64,000 bases of DNA from an uncultured Aliarcobacter sp. (GTDB lineage Bacteria; Campylobacterota; Campylobacteria; Campylobacterales; Arcobacteraceae): the NCBI GenBank assembly GCA_963677435.1, contig OY781945.1, positions 1,504,001 to 1,568,000 of the forward strand, written 5' to 3'. Below are positions 29,073 to 39,906 of this stretch, piece after piece. Below the pieces are notes generated by a model. It was not told the DNA's origin. It did not search any database and saw only the letters and a list, made by a program, of their open reading frames with translations. A program made the position numbers and the translations under genes. Position 1 is the first letter of the stretch, and each line of letters begins with the position of its first letter.

Positions 29073-30156
29073 TAATAAAGAAGTCTTTTCAAGTTTAGGA
29101 AATACAAATTTTGCAAATGCTTTTTATTTTTTTGCTTTTATGTTTTTATTTGTTTTTTCTTTAAATAGCTTAAGCAATATTTTAACACCAATTGCAATAG
29201 CTGTTTTAATATGGTTTTTAATAAATGCCTTTGCAAATCAGATAAAAAGATTACCTTTTTTAAATGCAAAAGTAGGGGATTACATAGCTATTCCTTTATC
29301 TTTGATTTTTATTGTTTATTCAATGGTTGAAATAGGAAGTTTTATAACTTCAAGTATGATGGAGTTAAGTTCTACAATATCGCAACTTGATAGTAAAGTA
29401 TATGAATTAATAGATAAATTATCTTTACTTACTTCTTTTGATTTAGCAACACCTTTACAAAAGTTTTTTGAAGAGTTTAGCCTTTCAAGTGTTATAAATA
29501 AAGTTATAAGCGCCTTTAGTGCAATATTTGGAAATATTGTGCAGATTTTTTTATATGTACTTTTTTTATTAATTGATCAACAGTTCTTTTCAGCAAAATT
29601 AAATGCACTTTTTCCAAAGAAAGAGAATAAAAACAGAGTTGAACATATTTTAACTTCAATCTCAAAAGGAATTAGAACATATATCTCAATTACTACAATA
29701 ATTAGTTTATCAACAGGTTTCTTAACTTATTTTTTATGTGAGATGTTTTCTCTACAAGGTGCAGTTTTATGGGGATTTATTGCTTTTGTTTTAAATTTTA
29801 TTCCAACAATTGGAAGTATAATTGCAGTTTTAATTCCAACAGTTTTTGCTCTTATTCAATTTAATGAGATTTCAGATGTTTTAATTTTATTTGTGGCTTT
29901 AGTTCTTATTCAATTTGTGATTGGAAATATAATTTATCCAAAACTTATGGGAAATAAATTAAATATTTCTCAATTTATAGTTATCTTATCTTTAGTTGTT
30001 TGGGGTGCGATGTGGGGAACAATTGGAATGTTTTTATCAATTCCTTTGATGATGATTTTATTGATTGTTTTATCTCAGTTTGAAAGTACGAAAAAATTAG
30101 CGATTTTAATCTCAGCAGATGGGAATATTTTAGCAGCATCTAACTCTTCCAAATAG
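29059..30156 (+). CDS. AI-2E family transporter
   Basis: 'FVLNFIPTIGSI', 'IGNIIYPKLMG', 'WGAMWG.IGMFLSIP'. Confidence 0.9.
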   Translation: MEKNSNKEVFSSLGNTNFANAFYFFAFMFLFVFSLNSLSNILTPIAIAVLIWFLINAFANQIKRLPFLNAKVGDYIAIPLSLIFIVYSMVEIGSFITSSMMELSSTISQLDSKVYELIDKLSLLTSFDLATPLQKFFEEFSLSSVINKVISAFSAIFGNIVQIFLYVLFLLIDQQFFSAKLNALFPKKENKNRVEHILTSISKGIRTYISITTIISLSTGFLTYFLCEMFSLQGAVLWGFIAFVLNFIPTIGSIIAVLIPTVFALIQFNEISDVLILFVALVLIQFVIGNIIYPKLMGNKLNISQFIVILSLVVWGAMWGTIGMFLSIPLMMILLIVLSQFESTKKLAILISADGNILAASNSSK

Positions 30157-30184
30157 TTATATTTGAAAGAGTTTAGACTTTTAA

Positions 30185-31126
30185 TTAAAAGTTACTATCT
30201 ATAATATTAACTAACTCTTTAATAGATGCAATAGATTTTGCAAATTGAGCTTTTTGTTCTTCATTTAATTCAAGTTCAACAATTTTCTCAAAACCATCTT
30301 TTCCTAAAGTAACTGGAACACCAGCGACGATATTTTCATATCCATATTCACCTTGTAACATAACAGCACAAGGATAAGTCTCTTTTGAATCAGTTAAAAT
30401 AGCTTCAACCATTAAAGCAGTAGAGTGTCCAGGTGCATAATATGCAGACCCAGTTTCAAGTAATTTTACGATTTGTGCTCCACCATTTCTAGTTTTCACA
30501 ATAATTTCTTCAATCTCATCAGCTGTTAAAAACTCAGTTAAATCTTTTCCATCAACGCTAGAATAATTAGCTAATGGAACCATCTCATCACCATGTCCAC
30601 CCATAACAGCTGCTTTTATATCTTTTGGAGTAAATGTTAATTTTTCTTTTATGAAGTGAGCCATTCTTGAACTATCAAGAACTCCTGCCATTCCAATAAT
30701 TTTACTTCTATCTAAAGATGTAGCTTTTAAAGCAGTATAAACCATAGCATCTAATGGATTAGAAACGATGATATAAATTGCATCTTTGTTAAAAGGTGCA
30801 ATTTCATTTATAACTGATGTCATAATTTTTGCATTTGTAAGTAATAAATCATCTCTACTCATTCCTGGTTTTCTAGGAATTCCAGCTGTGATTACGATTA
30901 CATCACAATTACTAAATTCTTCTGCATTAGATGCAAAACTAACTTTTGTTGATGATTTTGCAGCTCTTGCAGCTTGTGAAATATCTAAAGCCATAGCTTC
31001 AACAACATTCATTCTTAAATCTTTTAATATAATTTCTGAACAAATATTTTTATTTGCTAAACTAAAAGCTAAAGTAGCTCCAACATTTCCTGCACCAATT
31101 ATTCCAACTTTTTTATTATTTTCCAA
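30185..31126 (-). CDS. mdh: Malate dehydrogenase (LDH-like)
   Basis: GAGNVG, 'TAGIPRKPGMSRDDL', 'SNPLD', 'GGHGD'. Confidence 0.95.
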   Translation of the reverse strand: MENNKKVGIIGAGNVGATLAFSLANKNICSEIILKDLRMNVVEAMALDISQAARAAKSSTKVSFASNAEEFSNCDVIVITAGIPRKPGMSRDDLLLTNAKIMTSVINEIAPFNKDAIYIIVSNPLDAMVYTALKATSLDRSKIIGMAGVLDSSRMAHFIKEKLTFTPKDIKAAVMGGHGDEMVPLANYSSVDGKDLTEFLTADEIEEIIVKTRNGGAQIVKLLETGSAYYAPGHSTALMVEAILTDSKETYPCAVMLQGEYGYENIVAGVPVTLGKDGFEKIVELELNEEQKAQFAKSIASIKELVNIIDSNF

Positions 31127-31130
31127 AAAA

Positions 31131-32030
31131 TTATCCTTTTATTAAATTGTTATCTTTATTATTAGTTAAATACTCATGTGCTAAATATGAACTTCTAGCA
31201 TAAGGAGTACTGTGTACAAACTCAAATCCTAAATCTAAAGCTAGAGCTTTGTATCTTTCAAACTGTTCAGGTTTAACAAATTCGATTACTTTTTCATAAT
31301 CACCAGAAGGTGCAAGATATTGCCCAATACTTAAAAATTTACAACCAACAGCAACTAAATCTTTAAATACTTGAACCATTTCTTCTTCAGTTTCACCAAG
31401 TCCAACCATTAAAGCACTTTTTGTTTTAACAGCATCTCCACCTAATTCTTTGATTTTTTTAAGAACCTCTAAAGATCTTTCATATGTTGCATTTCTTCTT
31501 ACTCTATATAATCTAGGAACCGTCTCGACATTGTGTCCAATGATAACAGCTCCTGAATCTACAACTTTTTGAATAGATTCAATTTTTCCTTTGAAATCTG
31601 GAATTAATAACTCAACTTGTGCATCTGTAGTATTTTCTAAAATATTTTTTGTAACTTTATAGAACTGTAAAGCTCCACCATCGTCCAAATCATCCCTTGC
31701 AGGACTTGTAATTACTACAAATTTAAGACCAAGTTTTTGTACAGCGATTGTAACTTGCTCTATTTCATCTTCATTTACACCATCTGGTTTCCCAGTTTTT
31801 ACATTACAATATGTACATCTTCTTGTACAAGTGTCACCTAATATTAAAAATGTTGCATTTTTTTTAGAAAAACATTCACTAATATTTGGACATTTTGCCT
31901 CTTGACAAATAGTGTGTAATCCACCATCTTTAAGAAGTTGTTCCATATCTTTTTGGGCAGTATTAGATAGCTTCTTTCTTAACCAAACAGGTTTATTAAA
32001 ATCTATTTTTTGTGGTACTGTCATTTTCAC
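31131..32030 (-). CDS. lipA: Lipoyl synthase
   Basis: CQEAKCPNISEC, radical-SAM CTRRCTYC, C-terminal RSSY. Confidence 0.95.
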   Translation of the reverse strand: MKMTVPQKIDFNKPVWLRKKLSNTAQKDMEQLLKDGGLHTICQEAKCPNISECFSKKNATFLILGDTCTRRCTYCNVKTGKPDGVNEDEIEQVTIAVQKLGLKFVVITSPARDDLDDGGALQFYKVTKNILENTTDAQVELLIPDFKGKIESIQKVVDSGAVIIGHNVETVPRLYRVRRNATYERSLEVLKKIKELGGDAVKTKSALMVGLGETEEEMVQVFKDLVAVGCKFLSIGQYLAPSGDYEKVIEFVKPEQFERYKALALDLGFEFVHSTPYARSSYLAHEYLTNNKDNNLIKG

Positions 32031-32743
32031 TTACCTTCTAATATTTTTTTTAAATTTTCATTTTCAATTGGCGATAATTGTGATAATATCAATTTTGCAT
32101 CAAAAGACTCATTGAAAGATTCAATTAGTTTATTTTGTGCTTCTTCAAAACTTAGATGTATATCTAAATCTTCAAGAGATATTCCCATTTTTTTATCTTT
32201 TTTTGTTTTAAATATTGGAATTGAGCCATGTTGAAATATTAGTTTTTTATTTCTTTTTTGAGCATTTCCACCTATTTTATTTCCATCAACGATAATATCA
32301 TAAGCTTCAAATCCAACTTGACAAAACTCATTTTTTTTCAATTTTATGTATTCTGAATCTTTTACGAAAGTAGGGTTTAATCCTAGTTTTCTATAAAATT
32401 CCAATAGAAATTGGCATATTTTTTCATAAGACTGTTTAACACTTAAAGTTCCAAATTCAGTATTTGATGACACTAAACTATAAGATATATCATGACCATG
32501 GAATAAAACTCCACCGCCAGTTATTCTTTTTGAACAATTATTATTATAGATTTTTCTTAAGTCATCATAATGTTCTAAATCTTGTCCTAATCCAATAGTA
32601 AAAGAATCTTCCCAAGTATAAAATCTTAAGATTGGCATATCATCTTTTTCAAAAGAAATAGTCAATGCTTTATCTATAGCCATATTCATTTTCGCGCTAT
32701 TATTATTTGTTAAAATTAATCTATACTTTTTTTTGTCAACCAT
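32027..32743 (-). CDS. Lipoate-protein ligase A family / LipM-like octanoyltransferase
   Basis: 'NMAIDKAL', 'RFYTW', 'KRITGGGVLFH', 'KIGGNAQ', 'QHGSI'. Confidence 0.85.
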   Translation of the reverse strand: MVDKKKYRLILTNNNSAKMNMAIDKALTISFEKDDMPILRFYTWEDSFTIGLGQDLEHYDDLRKIYNNNCSKRITGGGVLFHGHDISYSLVSSNTEFGTLSVKQSYEKICQFLLEFYRKLGLNPTFVKDSEYIKLKKNEFCQVGFEAYDIIVDGNKIGGNAQKRNKKLIFQHGSIPIFKTKKDKKMGISLEDLDIHLSFEEAQNKLIESFNESFDAKLILSQLSPIENENLKKILEGK

Positions 32744-32913
32744 TTAATTTATTCCTATGAGTGTAATTTTACACAAAATAAAATAAAATACTTATAAAAA
32801 TCTTAAAATTTAAAATTAATATAAGTTTATAATTGTATCATAATAAATGTTAATTTTCTAAACTCTAGAAAATAATAATAATACTAATAATAATAAAAAC
32901 AATAAGGATATCA

Positions 32914-35586
32914 ATGCAAAATGAATATTTAAAAGACATTAATCCAGAAGAAACAAATGAATGGCTTGAAGCATTAGAAAATATTATAGAAGAAGGTGGA
33001 CCTAAAAGAGCTCACTATATTTTAGAAAAATTAATTGATAAGGCAAGAAGAAAAGGTACGTATCTACCGTTTAGAGCAACAACAGCATACCTAAATAGTA
33101 TTGATGTTGAAGATGAACCTAAGATGCCAGGTGATAGAGATATCGAAAGAAGAATCAGATCTGCAATTAGATGGAATGCAACAATGATGGTATTAAGAGC
33201 ATCTAAAAAGAATTTAGAGCTTGGTGGACATATTGCATCATTTCAATCTTCTGCAACATTATATGATGTAGGATTTAACCATTTCTTTAGAGCTCCGAAT
33301 GAAAAAGATGGTGGAGATTTAATTTTCTTCCAAGGGCATATTGCACCTGGTATTTATGCTAGATCTTTCTTAGAAGGAAGAATTACAAAAGAGCAAATGG
33401 ATAACTTTAGACAAGAAGTTGATGGACAAGGTTTATCATCTTATCCTCACCCAAAATTAATGCCAGATTATTGGCAATTCCCAACAGTATCTATGGGACT
33501 TGGACCAATTCAAGCAATTTACCAAGCAAGATTCTTAAAATACTTAACAAATAGAGGTATTAAAGATTGTAGCGAGCAAAAAGTATATTGTTTTATGGGT
33601 GATGGTGAGTGTGACGAACCTGAATCTTTAGGAGCAATTTCATTAGCAGGAAGAGAAGGTTTAGATAATTTAGTATTTGTTATCAATTGTAACTTACAAA
33701 GACTAGATGGACCAGTTAGAGGTAATGGAAAAATCATTCAAGAACTAGAAGGAAACTTTAGAGGAAATGGGTGGAGAGTAGTTAAAGTAATCTGGGGAAG
33801 ACACTGGGATGCTTTATTACAAAAAGACAAATCTGGTAAGCTTTTACAATTAATGGAAGAGACAGTTGATGGTGAGTACCAAAACTTTAAACAAAAAGGT
33901 GGAGCTTACACAAGAGAACACTTCTTTAATAAATACCCTGAAACTGCAAAATTAGTTGAAAATATGTCTGATGAAGATATTTTTGCCTTAAACAGAGGTG
34001 GACATGACCCATTAAAAGTTTATGCAGCATATGAAGCAGCAGAAAAAACAAAAGATAGACCAACAGTTATTTTAGCTAAAACTGTAAAAGGTTATGGAAT
34101 GGGTGAAGCAGCTGAAGGTAAAAATATTGCTCACGGTGTTAAAAAAGTTGATTTAGATTCATTAAGACAATTTAGAGATAGATTTAGAATTCCTTTCTCA
34201 GATCAAGAGTTAGAAAAATTACCATATTATACTTTTGATGAAGATTCTGTTGAAATGAAATATATGAAAGCAAGAAGAGCTGAACTTCATGGTTTTGTTC
34301 CTCAAAGATTAGAGAAATTTACTAATAAATTAGAAATTCCTTCTTTAGCTGAATTTGAATCTATTACAAAAGGAAGTGGTGATAGAGAAATCTCTACTAC
34401 TATGGCTTTTGTAAGAATCTTAAATATATTAGTAAAAGATAAAAATATCGGTAAACAAATTGTTCCTATTGTTCCTGATGAAGCTAGAACTTTTGGTATG
34501 GAAGGTATGTTTAGACAAATTGGTATTTATTCAAATGAGGGTCAAAAATATGTTCCTCAAGATAGAGATCAAGTTGCATATTATAAAGAAGATAAAGAAG
34601 GTCAAGTACTTCAAGAAGGTATTAATGAACTTGGAGCAATGGGTTCATGGGCAGCAGCAGCTACTTCATACTCTGTAAATGATGTTCCTATGATTCCATT
34701 TTACATCTATTACTCAATGTTCGGATTCCAAAGAACAGGTGATATGGCATGGGCAGCAGGTGATTTAAGAGCTAGAGGATTCTTAGTTGGTGGAACTGCA
34801 GGTAGAACTACATTAAATGGTGAAGGTTTACAACACGAAGATGGACATTCTCATATTTTAGCTAATACAATTCCAAGTTGTATCTCTTATGACCCAACTT
34901 ATGGTTATGAGTTAGCAGTAATTGTTCAAGATGGTATTAATAGAATGTATGGTGAAAAACAAGAAGATGTATTCTATTATTTAACAACTATGAATGAAAA
35001 CTACAAACAACCTGCAATGCCTGAAGGTGTTGAAGAAGGAATTTTAAAAGGTATTTATAAATTAGATACTGTTGATGCAGCTAATAATTATAAAGTTAAA
35101 TTATTAGGTTCAGGTACAATTTTAGAGCAAGTTAGACAAGCTGCTGATATTTTAGCATCAGAATATGGTGTAAAATCAGATGTTTATTCTGTTACTTCAT
35201 TCAATGAATTAGCAAGAGAAGCACAAGATGTAGAAAGATACAACTTATTACATCCAGATGAAAAGGATAAAACTCCTTATGTAACAACTGTATTAGGTGA
35301 AGATGAAGATAATATCATTGTTTCAGCAACTGATTATATGAAAATTTATTCTGAACAAATTAGAGCTTATGTAAAAGGTTCATTTAAAACTTTAGGAACA
35401 GATGGTTTTGGTAGATCTGATTCAAGAGCAAATTTAAGAGAACACTTTGAAGTTGATGCTAACTTTATTGTTTACACTACTCTATATTTATTAGTAGAAA
35501 ATGGTAAATTAGATAAAAAAGTATTAAATGAAGCTATTGCTAAATTTAAAATCAATCCAAATAAAATTAATCCATTATATGCATAA
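32914..35586 (+). CDS. aceE: Pyruvate dehydrogenase E1, homodimeric type
   Basis: 'LGGHIASFQS', 'TVSMGLGP', TPP motif 'GDGECDE', 'GEGLQHEDGHS'. Confidence 0.97.
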   Translation: MQNEYLKDINPEETNEWLEALENIIEEGGPKRAHYILEKLIDKARRKGTYLPFRATTAYLNSIDVEDEPKMPGDRDIERRIRSAIRWNATMMVLRASKKNLELGGHIASFQSSATLYDVGFNHFFRAPNEKDGGDLIFFQGHIAPGIYARSFLEGRITKEQMDNFRQEVDGQGLSSYPHPKLMPDYWQFPTVSMGLGPIQAIYQARFLKYLTNRGIKDCSEQKVYCFMGDGECDEPESLGAISLAGREGLDNLVFVINCNLQRLDGPVRGNGKIIQELEGNFRGNGWRVVKVIWGRHWDALLQKDKSGKLLQLMEETVDGEYQNFKQKGGAYTREHFFNKYPETAKLVENMSDEDIFALNRGGHDPLKVYAAYEAAEKTKDRPTVILAKTVKGYGMGEAAEGKNIAHGVKKVDLDSLRQFRDRFRIPFSDQELEKLPYYTFDEDSVEMKYMKARRAELHGFVPQRLEKFTNKLEIPSLAEFESITKGSGDREISTTMAFVRILNILVKDKNIGKQIVPIVPDEARTFGMEGMFRQIGIYSNEGQKYVPQDRDQVAYYKEDKEGQVLQEGINELGAMGSWAAAATSYSVNDVPMIPFYIYYSMFGFQRTGDMAWAAGDLRARGFLVGGTAGRTTLNGEGLQHEDGHSHILANTIPSCISYDPTYGYELAVIVQDGINRMYGEKQEDVFYYLTTMNENYKQPAMPEGVEEGILKGIYKLDTVDAANNYKVKLLGSGTILEQVRQAADILASEYGVKSDVYSVTSFNELAREAQDVERYNLLHPDEKDKTPYVTTVLGEDEDNIIVSATDYMKIYSEQIRAYVKGSFKTLGTDGFGRSDSRANLREHFEVDANFIVYTTLYLLVENGKLDKKVLNEAIAKFKINPNKINPLYA

Positions 35587-35595
35587 GGTGTGTCT

Positions 35596-37248
35596 ATGAG
35601 TATTGAACAAATAAAACTACCAGACGTTGGTGGAGAAGAAGTAGAAATTATTGAAATTAGTGTTAAAGTTGGCGATAGTATTAGTGAAGACGATACTATC
35701 ATTGTAGTAGAAACAGAAAAAGCTTCTATGGATATTCCTGCACCATTTGCTGGAACTATTGAATCTTTAGTTATTAAAGCTGGAGATAAAATTAAAGAGG
35801 GTGATTTAATCGCTACTTTAGCTACATCTGCATCAGCTTCTAGTGAAACTGTAAAAGAAGAAGTTGTAACTGCAGCACCTGCTAAAATAGTTGAAGAAGT
35901 TAAAACTGAAGAAAAAACTGTAGAAGTAAGTACAGCTTCACAAGAGACAACTTTAGTAATTGAAGATATTTTCGTTCCTGATGTAGGTGGAGATGAATCA
36001 GTTGATGTAATTGAAATTATTGCATCAGTTGGGGATTTTTTAAATGAAGAAGATGGAATAATTACTTTAGAAACTGAAAAAGCTACTATGGATGTTCCAA
36101 CACCAATTTCTGGTAAATTAGTTGAAATTCTTGTAAATGCTGGAGATAAAGTAAAAACTGGTTCTTTAATTGCAAGAATTGAAAAAACTGTAGTTGCTTC
36201 AACACCAAAAGAGGTTGCTAAAGAAGAAGTTATTGTAAAAAATGAGATGCCTGCTAAAGTAGAATCAAAAGTAGAAAATGTAAGTGTTGAATCTCATGTT
36301 ACAAAAACAACTGGTAAAACTTACGCATCACCAAGTATTAGAAGATTAGCTAGAGAATATGGTGTAGATTTAACATTAGTAAATGGTACAGGTCCTAAAA
36401 ATAGAATTTTAAAAGATGATATTAGATTATATATAAAATCTGTATTATCAAATCCAAGTTGTTCAAATTTAACTGCTTCTAGTAATACAGCAGGTGGTTT
36501 AGGATTTGAGTTAGCACCATTAAAAGAGATAGATTTCTCTAAATTTGGAGAAATTGAAGTTGTAGAATTATCAAAAATTCAAAAAATTTCAGGTCCATCA
36601 CTTCAAAGAAATGCAATCATTATTCCTCACATAACGCAATTTGATGAGGCAGATATTACTGATCTTGAAGAGTTTAGAAAAGAACAAAATACTATTTATT
36701 CAAAAATGAATTCAGATGTTAAAATATCTCCATTAGTATTTGCTGTTAAAGCTGTTGCAAAAGCATTAAGATTACATCCAAACTTTAATGCGTCATTATC
36801 TACTGATGGTCAATCAATGATTTTCAAAAAATATGTAAATGTTGCAGTTGCTGTTGACACACCAAATGGTTTAGTAGTTCCTGTAATTAAAGATGCTGAT
36901 AAAAAAGGTTTTGAAGAAATCGCACTTGAATTAAAAGAGCTTTCTATAAAAGCAAGAGCTGGAAAATTAACAGCAAATGATATGCAAGGTGCTTGTTTCA
37001 CAATTTCATCACTAGGTGGAATTGGTGGTACTGCATTTACTCCAATTATTAATGCACCTGAAGTTGCAATTTTAGGATTATCAAAATCAGAAATTAAACC
37101 TAAATATAATGGAAAAGAGTTTGAACCAAGATTAATGTTACCATTATCATTATCTTATGACCACAGAGCAATTGATGGTGCTGATGGTGCAAGATTTGTA
37201 ACGACATTATCGTCATTATTAGGCGATATTAGAAAAATACTTCTATAA
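35596..37248 (+). CDS. aceF: Dihydrolipoyllysine-residue acetyltransferase E2, two lipoyl domains
   Basis: Two 'ETEKA(S/T)MD' lipoyl domains, E3-binding 'ASPSIRRLARE', catalytic 'DHRAIDG'. Confidence 0.95.
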   Translation: MSIEQIKLPDVGGEEVEIIEISVKVGDSISEDDTIIVVETEKASMDIPAPFAGTIESLVIKAGDKIKEGDLIATLATSASASSETVKEEVVTAAPAKIVEEVKTEEKTVEVSTASQETTLVIEDIFVPDVGGDESVDVIEIIASVGDFLNEEDGIITLETEKATMDVPTPISGKLVEILVNAGDKVKTGSLIARIEKTVVASTPKEVAKEEVIVKNEMPAKVESKVENVSVESHVTKTTGKTYASPSIRRLAREYGVDLTLVNGTGPKNRILKDDIRLYIKSVLSNPSCSNLTASSNTAGGLGFELAPLKEIDFSKFGEIEVVELSKIQKISGPSLQRNAIIIPHITQFDEADITDLEEFRKEQNTIYSKMNSDVKISPLVFAVKAVAKALRLHPNFNASLSTDGQSMIFKKYVNVAVAVDTPNGLVVPVIKDADKKGFEEIALELKELSIKARAGKLTANDMQGACFTISSLGGIGGTAFTPIINAPEVAILGLSKSEIKPKYNGKEFEPRLMLPLSLSYDHRAIDGADGARFVTTLSSLLGDIRKILL

Positions 37249-37262
37249 TAAAGGACTTTAGA

Positions 37263-38690
37263 ATGAGTAAAGAAATTAAAGCCCAAGTTTTAGTAATAGG
37301 TTCTGGACCAGCTGGTTATTCAGCTGCGTTTAGAAGTGCAGATTTAGGAATGAATGTTGTTTTAGTAGAAAAATTTCCAACTTTAGGTGGAGTTTGTTTA
37401 AATGTTGGATGTATTCCATCAAAAGCATTACTTCATGTTGCAAAAGTAAAAGAAGAAGCTGAGCATATTTCAGCTCATGGATTAACATTTTCAGAACCAA
37501 CTATTGATATAGCAAAAATTGCTGCTTATAAAAACGGTGTTGTAAAAAAACTAACTGATGGTTTAAGTGCCATGAGTAAAATGAGAAATGTAACTGTTGT
37601 TCAAGGAACAGCTTTATTTGTTGATAAAAACACAGTTCAAGTAACTGGAAAAGAAGATGTAACAATCACTTTTGAAAATGCAATTATTGCAGCTGGTTCA
37701 AGACCTATTAAATTACCCTTTATTCCCCATGAAGATCCAAGAATTTGGGATTCAACAGATGCTTTAGATTTAAAAGAGATTCCTAAAAAACTTCTTATTA
37801 TGGGTGGAGGAATTATCGGTCTTGAAATGGGAACAGTTTATCAAAAACTAGGTTCTTCTATTGATGTTGTTGAAATGCAAGACCAATTAGTTCCAATTGC
37901 TGATAAAGATGTTATCAAAATGTACACAAAAGCAAATAGTAAAAGATTTAATATCATGTTACAAACAAAAGTTGCTAAAGTTGAAGCAAAAGAAGATGGC
38001 ATTCATGTATCAATGGAAGGTGAGGGTGTTCAAACTGAACCTTTTATTTATGATGCTGTTTTAGTTGCTATTGGAAGAGCTGCAAATGGTAAACTTCTTA
38101 ACCTTGAAAATGCTGGTGTAAAAGTAAATGATTGGGGAATTATCGAAGTTGATAAACAAATGAGAACAAATGTAGAACATATTTTTGCAGTTGGTGACAT
38201 TGTTGGTCAACCAATGCTAGCACATAAAGGTGTACATGAAGCTCATGTTGCAGCAGAAGTAATTGCTGGTAAAAAACACTATTTTGAACCAAAAGTAATT
38301 CCATCAATTGCCTATACTTTCCCAGAAGTTGCTTGGGTTGGAATGACTGAAAAAGAAGCAATCGCTGCTGGAATTGATTATGAAGTTTCAACTTTCCCAT
38401 GGACAGCATCAGGAAGAGCATTAGCAAGTGATGTTAGTCAAAATGGTATGACTAAATTAATCTTTGATAAAAAAGACCATACTTTAATTGGTGGAGCTTT
38501 AGTTGGAGATAATGCAGGAGAGTTATTAGGTGAAATCACTTTAGCTCTTGAAATGGATTGTGATGCAGAAGATATTGCACTTACAATTCATGCTCATCCA
38601 ACGCTACATGAATCAGTTGGAATGGCTGCAGAAATTTATGAAGGAAGTATTACTGACCTTCCAAATGCTAAGGCAAAAAAGAATAAATAA
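37263..38690 (+). CDS. lpdA: Dihydrolipoamide dehydrogenase E3
   Basis: 'GGVCLNVGCIPSK', GGGIIG, 'HAHPTLHE'. Confidence 0.97.
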   Translation: MSKEIKAQVLVIGSGPAGYSAAFRSADLGMNVVLVEKFPTLGGVCLNVGCIPSKALLHVAKVKEEAEHISAHGLTFSEPTIDIAKIAAYKNGVVKKLTDGLSAMSKMRNVTVVQGTALFVDKNTVQVTGKEDVTITFENAIIAAGSRPIKLPFIPHEDPRIWDSTDALDLKEIPKKLLIMGGGIIGLEMGTVYQKLGSSIDVVEMQDQLVPIADKDVIKMYTKANSKRFNIMLQTKVAKVEAKEDGIHVSMEGEGVQTEPFIYDAVLVAIGRAANGKLLNLENAGVKVNDWGIIEVDKQMRTNVEHIFAVGDIVGQPMLAHKGVHEAHVAAEVIAGKKHYFEPKVIPSIAYTFPEVAWVGMTEKEAIAAGIDYEVSTFPWTASGRALASDVSQNGMTKLIFDKKDHTLIGGALVGDNAGELLGEITLALEMDCDAEDIALTIHAHPTLHESVGMAAEIYEGSITDLPNAKAKKNK

Positions 38691-38720
38691 AAAATAAGGC
38701 TTAAAAAAAGCCTTGTTTTT
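38691..38720 (+). terminator. Intrinsic terminator of the PDH operon
   Basis: AAAATAAGGCTT-aaaa-AAGCCTTGTTTTT. Confidence 0.8.
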
Positions 38721-38969
38721 CTCCCTTGTAAAAACTACCGAACTTACAAATAATTAACCTCAATCAAATCCTATTTAGATAAAATAATTAAATATTAAAT
38801 TTAGGATTATAGTTTTAATGGCAAAAGAAAAAATATCAGGAAAGCTACTTTTTGAATTTTTTAAAACTCTGAATTTTTCAAATATAAATGTTGGTTATGC
38901 TGTAGCTAGTTTATCAACAAAATTACAAAATGACATCTTTTAATATAAATATTTAAGAGGATTAAAATT

Positions 38970-39835
38970 ATGACTAAATATATAATTTATTCAAAAAATC
39001 TTAGCAGTGGATTTGAAGAAGAAATTTTAAAAGAAAAATATGATGAATTAAATAAATCAAAAAAGATTCTTAGTGAAGTATTTGCAAAAGAAAAAATATA
39101 CAATATTATATTAATGAATTATTATGAATTTGAAAAAGAGTTATTTGAAATAAGTTTAACTAATGAAATTTTCCAATCTGATTATTCTGATTTTAGTGGG
39201 TATTTATCAAAAATCGAACAAAGAATTTTAAATTTATTATCATCAATTACCCTTTATTTAGACTCTTTTATAGATGATTTAAAAGATAAATATATAGAAG
39301 AATTAAAAAAAGAGTATAAACAAATTTCAGAAACTATAAAAGAAAAATTAGAAAATGAACAACAAATTAAACTGATGAAATATCTTAGAAATCAGATTCA
39401 ACATAATGGCTTATTAGTTACAAATTTTTCTCTTGATCGTAAAAAATATCAGATGAACTCAGAGAAGAAACTTTACAATTTGAGATTGATAAAAACACAA
39501 TTAAAGCAAGAGGTTTTAAAATTGATGAATTTACAGATTTTGATGAGAAAATAGATTTAAAAAAAACTATTCGAGTTTATATGGATTTTATAAGTGAAGT
39601 TCATAAACAATTTAGAGATTTAACAAATGAAAAAACTATAAATGCAAGGGGTGAGTTTGAGAATATTTTAAATCAATATTCTCAATATAACTATTTATGT
39701 ATAGCTCAGAAAATCAATAAAGAGATAAAAAATGAGTTTCAGATATTACTTTATTGGGATGATATAAGAGTTGACATGATAAAGAAAAATAAAGTGCCAA
39801 AAGCATTTAAAAGACATTCTATAAATACAAAATAA
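38970..39835 (+). pseudogene. Frameshifted hypothetical gene with HEPN-like R-X4-H motif
   Basis: Adding one base at the A6 run 39441-46 joins 38970..39554 and 39581..39835 into one 288-aa ORF; 'LRNQIQH'. Confidence 0.7.
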
Positions 39836-39906
39836 CAAGTAAAGATTAATTAAAATGGTAAACTTGATTGGAAGTTTAAAAAATAGAATTTAAAAGAGTA
39901 AATAAC

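Noticed and set aside
32871..32894. (AAT)n run upstream of aceE as a possible phase-variable repeat
   Set aside because: Short, interrupted, and expected in AT-rich intergenic DNA
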